DNA from: Squalus acanthias
Lineage: Eukaryota
Length of the DNA stretch: 64,000 nucleotides
NCBI GenBank assembly: GCA_030390025.1
Contig: CM059432.1
Location: forward strand, 152,894,001 to 152,958,000
Direction: 5' to 3'
The translations under genes were made by a program, and so were the position numbers. The notes below the pieces were generated by a model that saw nothing but the letters and a program-made list of their open reading frames with translations, was not told the origin of the DNA and ran no database searches. Below, piece by piece: positions 62,690 to 64,000 of this stretch. How positions within the stretch are numbered: position 1 is the first letter of the stretch; each line of letters begins with the position of its first letter.

Positions 62690-63472
62690 GGGCTAAAAAT
62701 TCGGTTGTGTAGTGCCCGCTGTTTTGACAATACGGGTGCTGATTTGGCTCGAAAATGGCGGCCGAGCAGCACACGCACACTTCTGGTGCGGGCCATGCCG
62801 GACACCATTTTGGTGAGGGTGTTAGCATCGGCGCTGGGAGCGTGCGCTGTAAGTATGCAGAGTACGCAGACCGTGACGTTAATCATCGTGTGATGCTGAT
62901 TTGACGCCAGCGCTGCCATTTTTGACCTCACCGCTGGAGCTAACGTCCTTTCATGCATTCAGCTGCAGGAGGACACCCCACCAGTGCTATTTAAAGGAAT
63001 CATCACCTACTTACAGCTTAGTTGTTGATTGGTTTTTACTAGCTGTTGCTGAGTTTGTAGAAGGGTTTGATGCTTTCTAGACTTCTTTAAAGTTGCCTAA
63101 AGTCTACAAGGTGTGGTGTGGCATGTGCTCAAGGACTTGGTACTGACTTGCAAGGGGTCTGCTCAGACCAGTTGCTCCCAGACATGGGTGCAGTAGTTTG
63201 TATCCCCCGTGGCAGGGAGAATGAGCAGAGGCGACACAGAGCAGGACAAGCTGCTACAAGAGGCAGGAGGAGGAGGGGCAGGAGGCCATATCCACCCAGG
63301 GTCTTCAGGAGTCAATTCTCCTACCTCAACCTCAGCGAGGAACGGTACATGCAACATCTCCATTTTACTGAGGAGGTGCTCACTGAAATCTGCCACCTGC
63401 TGCAGGCAGACCTGCGGCCTCAGTCCAGGGTGAGGACAGCGTCGCTAGTGGCTGTAAAGGTGACCGTGGCCT
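62690..63472 (+). mobile_element. Harbinger left arm with transposase 5' part
   Basis: gggctaaaaattcgg end, tatttaaa box, MGAVV..RRPYPPRVFR..LHFTEEVLTEICHLLQADL..VAVKVTVA. Confidence 0.82.
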
Positions 63473-63489
63473 CATCAACCCTCTCCCTT

Positions 63490-64000
63490 ACTTCATGCCT
63501 TTAACAAATCCATGCTGGTTTTCATTTATTGACCCATATTTTTCCAAGTGCCAATTAATTTTATCCCGGATTAATGTCTCTAAAAGTTTGTCCACCACTG
63601 ACGTTCGGCTGGCTGGCCTGTAATTTCCGGGTTTATCCCGCTCCCCTTTTTTGAACAGGGGTGTAACATTTGCAATCCTCCAGTCCTCTGGCACCACTCC
63701 CATATCTAAGGAGGATTGGAAGATTGTGTCCAGAGCCTCTGCAATTTCCACCCTTACTTCCCTCAGCAACCTCGGATGCATCCCATCCAGACCGGGTGAC
63801 TTTTCTAATTTGAGGTCTGCCAACCTTTTAAGTACATCCTCTTTATCTATTTTTATCCTATCCAATTTCTCTACTACCTCCTCCTTTACTGTGTTATTGG
63901 CAGCCTCCTTTTCTCTAGTGAAGATAATTGCAAAGTACTCATTTAGTCCATCAGCCATGCCCTTTGCCTCCAGAAGATGATCTCCCTTTTGATCTGTAAT
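63490..64000 (-). mobile_element. CR1 ORF2 internal fragment, runs off window end
   Basis: LNEYFA..KSPGLDGMHPRLL..VPEDWRIANVTPLFKKG..NYRP..QHGF. Confidence 0.9.

Overview
Eukaryotic, almost entirely repeat-derived DNA; I recognise no host protein-coding gene. V-SINEs (HE1-like), Deu-SINEs (SacSINE1-like) and the CR1 types point to a cartilaginous fish (inference). The window is a deeply nested transposon pile. It holds several CR1 LINE subfamilies (one nearly intact, 42590-47163), a single-ORF LINE family whose 5' end is a tRNA head plus a Meta-type SINE body, and a Tx1/L1-clade element sitting inside a SINE tRNA head. It also holds RTE, L2 and Penelope fragments (the latter with minimal hammerhead ribozymes), a Harbinger series running from a two-gene element down to MITEs, a decayed spuma-like endogenous retrovirus (LTR end, tRNA-Lys PBS, RNase H/integrase) and 20, 25 and 26 bp tandem arrays. 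The most notable signals are: (1) a T_TTA_AAC slippery heptamer at the end of ORF1 in all four CR1 copies that retain the junction, with an AUG-less ORF2 in the -1 frame in the best-preserved copy; (2) the SINE-headed LINE; (3) the foamy-like ERV; (4) the Tx1 element in a tRNA-derived head. Family names come from motif recognition by eye, not database searches, and boundaries may be off by several bases.
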